From positions 5,372,784 through 5,436,783 of the forward strand of contig CM121341.1 in assembly GCA_051530055.1 (NCBI GenBank): a DNA stretch of 64,000 nucleotides, read 5' to 3'. Every line of letters begins with the position of its first letter. Within the stretch, counting starts at the first letter, position 1. Positions 60,726 through 64,000 of this stretch are shown here, piece after piece. Source of the DNA: Neoechinorhynchus agilis (taxonomy: Eukaryota > Animalia > Acanthocephala). The notes under the pieces were generated by a model. It saw only the letters and a program-made list of their open reading frames with translations, made no database searches and had not been told where the DNA came from. A program made the translations under genes and the position numbers.

Positions 60726-63612
60726 ATGACTGCGTCTTACCTCAGCGCGGGAGTAGCCTGCCGCCTGAATCCGGACGAGTTGGTTTCCCTTCTCCGAACG
60801 GACGTTAAACGTGGACTAAGTGAGAATGAAGCGCAGAATCGTCTTAGAAGATTCGGCCACAATCAATGTTTATCGGGAAAGCACGAAAGCGTTTTTCACA
60901 AATACGTTTCTCAATTCCAGCAACCGATGATCCTTTTATTGATATTTTCTGCTTTAATATCGTTTGTTCTTCGGCAATACGACGACGCAGCGAGTATTAC
61001 ACTTGCCGTCCTTATCGTGGTTACAGTCGCGTTCATACAAGAGTACCGATCGGAACGAGCAATAGAAGCACTTAATAATCTTCTTCCGCCAGTTACTACT
61101 GTACTCCGGGACGGTCTAGTAAGAGTACTGGACGCAGATCTCATAGTTCCTGGGGATATAATTGTTCTAGAGCAAGGGGACCGTGTTCCTGCTGACGGAC
61201 GCCTTATTGATTCCGTTGACCTTCTTGTCGATGAGTCAATGTTTACTGGGGAAAGTGAAACGGTCTCAAAGAGGGCTGAGTTTGTTGAAGATCGCCGATC
61301 TAAACTTGAAGGAATCCATGAGCGCCTGAATGTTGTCTATATGGGTTCAATGATTGCTCATGGACGAGCCAGAGTGATTGTAGTCTCCACCGGCGAACAT
61401 TCAGAGTTTGGTTGTGTACTTAGAATGATGGACGAACAACGAGTACCGGACACTCCTATTAAAACACAAATGGACCGGCTCGCAAAGCAACTTACAACAG
61501 CTTCTTTGATCATCATTGCCATCATATCCGCCTATGGGGTATTTGTGCAGAAAAAGCATGCTCTAGAGATGCTGCAGGTGGGTGTTTCACTCGCAGTGGC
61601 AGCCATTCCGGAAGGACTTCCTATCGTAGTTACCGTAACTCTTGCACTTGGTGTCTGTCGACTCGCTAAACATAATGCAGTTGTTAAGAAACTTGCAGCC
61701 GTTGAGACGATTGGGAGTGTAAGTACCATTTGTGCCGACAAGACCGGAACGCTGACTATGAACACTATGGAATTGAGCGTTACATTGATCAAATCGGCTA
61801 GTAATGGTGCCAAATGGCGAACCACCAATGATCCCAGTGAAGCGGTGGAACTTGTAAAGGCCGGAGTACTTTGTAGTAATGCCTATTTTGGTCCGGATGG
61901 TAAACCGAGAGGTCAACCAACTGAATGCGCTTTTCTTGCTATCGCAATGAAAATCAATGGACTTGTAGGAAACATAGAAAATAGCTTTAAACGACTTGAA
62001 GAGTGGCCCTTTAGTGCGGAAACTCGGTGGATGGCCGTTCGTGTAATGAGCAGTTTTTCTTGGGTTTTTCATTCTCTTTCATTTTATGTTGTTGTTTTTA
62101 AGGTTGCTTAAAGGTGAACTGCTCGTGTAATTGACTTGGTGGGCAAAGAAATCGTGATAGCAAAAGGGGCACCAGAGGATATTCTTGGTGGTCATTGTTC
62201 ATCGTCGATAAAACAATCGGACGAGGAGGCAGTAGCAGCATTCCTGGCAGGACCAGCGCGGGGCCTTCGTACATTGGCACTCGCGATGGGTCCATCGATC
62301 CACAATCTTGAACTGATAGGAGTAGTAGGAATTCAAGATCCACTAAGACCCAGTGCTCAGAGAGCATTTACGTGCCATTCGAACCTTCGCATAATCACAG
62401 GAGATGCCCGTGAGACCGCTGTTGCTATTGGAAGTCAGCTAGGAATTGTTGACGAGGAAAGTGCACGAGTCCTCGCTATATCAGGCGATGATGCTGTAAA
62501 GCAAGGACAGCTAGCTATTGAACCTGCTCGTGTGTTCTACCGAACAAGTCCCAAACAAAAGTTAGCTATTATTAAAAGCCTTCAACGATGTGGTCATGTA
62601 GTTGCAATGATTGGCGATGGCGTAAGTTAGGTGTGTTCATTGGGTTGGAGTTTTTTTTCGTTTTAAATGGAAACATCCTGACTCAAATGATGCAGTTGCT
62701 CTCAGAGCAGCCAATGTGGGTATCTCAATGGGTTCAGCGGCGTCGGACGTAAGCCGTGAAGCCGCTGATCTTGTACTCGTTAATGACGACTGTGGGGCGA
62801 TTGCTCATGCCATAATTCATGGACAAGCAATTTATCGAAATATCGAGAACTTTATTTGTTTCCAACTAAGCACTAGCGTGTCCGCTCTATCACTAATCGC
62901 GTTGACTACCTTCTTTTCTTCGCATTCGTCAAGTCCTCCTTTGAATGCCATGCAGATCTTATGGATAAACATTCTAATGGACGGACCACCGGCTCAGAGT
63001 CTAGGAGTCGAACCACCAATTGATACTGGAAATATGAGAGAAAAAGGACAACGTAGTAGCGTGTTCCTTGGTTCCCGTTTGATGAAAGACGTCTTCATGA
63101 AGGCGTTCATCATTGTATTCGGTACTTTGAGTGTTTAAGCGAGTTTTTTGGGAATGGGACATCTTTATTCTCATATGACTCGGTATCGTAACGAACTTCT
63201 CAACGGACGACAACCAACGACAGCAACATTTACAGCGTTTGTTCTTTTTGATATGTTCAATGCGCTCAGTTGTAGGTCCAGGGATACACCCGTCGTATTT
63301 GGACCAGGGTCCTTAGGCCTTTTACGAAATCGACCGTTCGTTTATGCGGTAAGTCTTTGTCTTGCTGGTCAAGCGCTAGTCATCTATTGGCATCCTCTGC
63401 AATATATATTCCAAACCGAACCACTCCCTCTCAAAAGACTACTCATGCTCGTACTTCTTTCTTCGAGTGTATTCGTAGTTTCAGAATTCAAAAAATGGAT
63501 TCGAATCTGGAGAAATTCCGGACATCAGTGTCTTTTTGATTCTGTCTTTACAAGAATCCGGTGCTTTCTCTCAACAAGGCTCACAAATCAAAAGGTGCGA
63601 GCATTTGTTTGA
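60726..63612 (+). CDS. ATP2C1: Secretory-pathway Ca2+/Mn2+ P-type ATPase (SPCA/PMR1) with three hairpin inserts
   Basis: QEYRSE, PGDII, VPADGRL, TGESE, AIPEGLP, CADKTGTLT, KGAPE, DPLRP, ITGD, GDG|ND, LNAMQILWINILMDGPPAQSLGVEP and FDMFNALSCRS. Confidence 0.93.
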
Positions 63613-64000
63613 ATGAATTTGGTCTCATAATAATTCGCGAGTTTCGTGTCACATAGACGCATCAATTTGCCTTCAATCGAAGGATCTTCTCTTGATGATT
63701 AAACAGAATATGAAGGAAAAACTTTATCTTGACCAGTAGAAAAAAACGTTTACGCTTAATCTTAATGCTATTTCTCGTTTGCACGAGTGAAAATCATCGC
63801 ATTTTTGTAACTGCAGTACTAGATTTCGAAACTTTCTGTTTTTACGGTTGAAAATTCAAACCTTCTTCGGTTTTTGTGATCCATAAATATATCAATTCCG
63901 ATCACGATGTGATATTTTGCCCGGTTTCCAATCAAACTAAACAAGGGACTTGAGTACTTGAAATGAGCCTAAGCAAAGACCCGACCTCACAAACTCTCAT

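Noticed and set aside
62622-62686. U12 (AT-AC type) introns
   Set aside because: None of the inserts has the RTATCCTT donor or a properly spaced TCCTTAAC branch site.
1-64000. Stop-codon reassignment as the explanation for in-frame TAA/TAG/TGA
   Set aside because: TAA and TGA terminate well-defined genes here (SLC17, MICOS10, MOB4, FEN1, ISOC2), long exons contain no internal stops, and most anomalies also involve frameshifts or extra residues.
1-64000. tRNA, rRNA, snRNA or spliced-leader RNA genes
   Set aside because: No cloverleaf, rRNA conserved block or Sm-site/SL pattern could be supported by eye.

Overview
AT-rich animal (metazoan-type) nuclear DNA, not prokaryotic. Genes are compact and highly divergent, most introns are about 44-52 nt GT-AG, and genes are separated by many tandem arrays and fold-back elements. 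Host genes recognised by manual translation: MOB4, FEN1, a RING-like ORF, MED30-like, Emi1/FBXO5-like, an unknown membrane protein, SLC17, an NME8-like thioredoxin-NDK gene (RFX X-box promoter) probably fused to four PLAT domains, ISOC2, MICOS10, a reduced RPTOR, ABCC fragments, DDX19/25-like helicase, RWDD1-like and SPCA/ATP2C1. Mobile DNA: two decayed CRE-clade non-LTR retroelements, a Penelope-like fragment, several MITE-like fold-backs and hammerhead-ribozyme-like repeats. Main observation: DDX19, SPCA and RPTOR are interrupted by 43-107 nt inserts that cannot be removed as GT-AG introns without damaging conserved motifs. Each insert folds into a terminal hairpin, usually starts with A and ends in YA, is often flanked by short direct repeats, and its exact removal restores motifs such as VLDEVD and GDGVND. 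This points to a second, non-canonical fold-back intron class (or DNA-level excision). No searches were run; all homology calls come from recalled family motifs. Some repeat copies show homopolymer dropouts, so isolated 1-bp frameshifts may be assembly errors.
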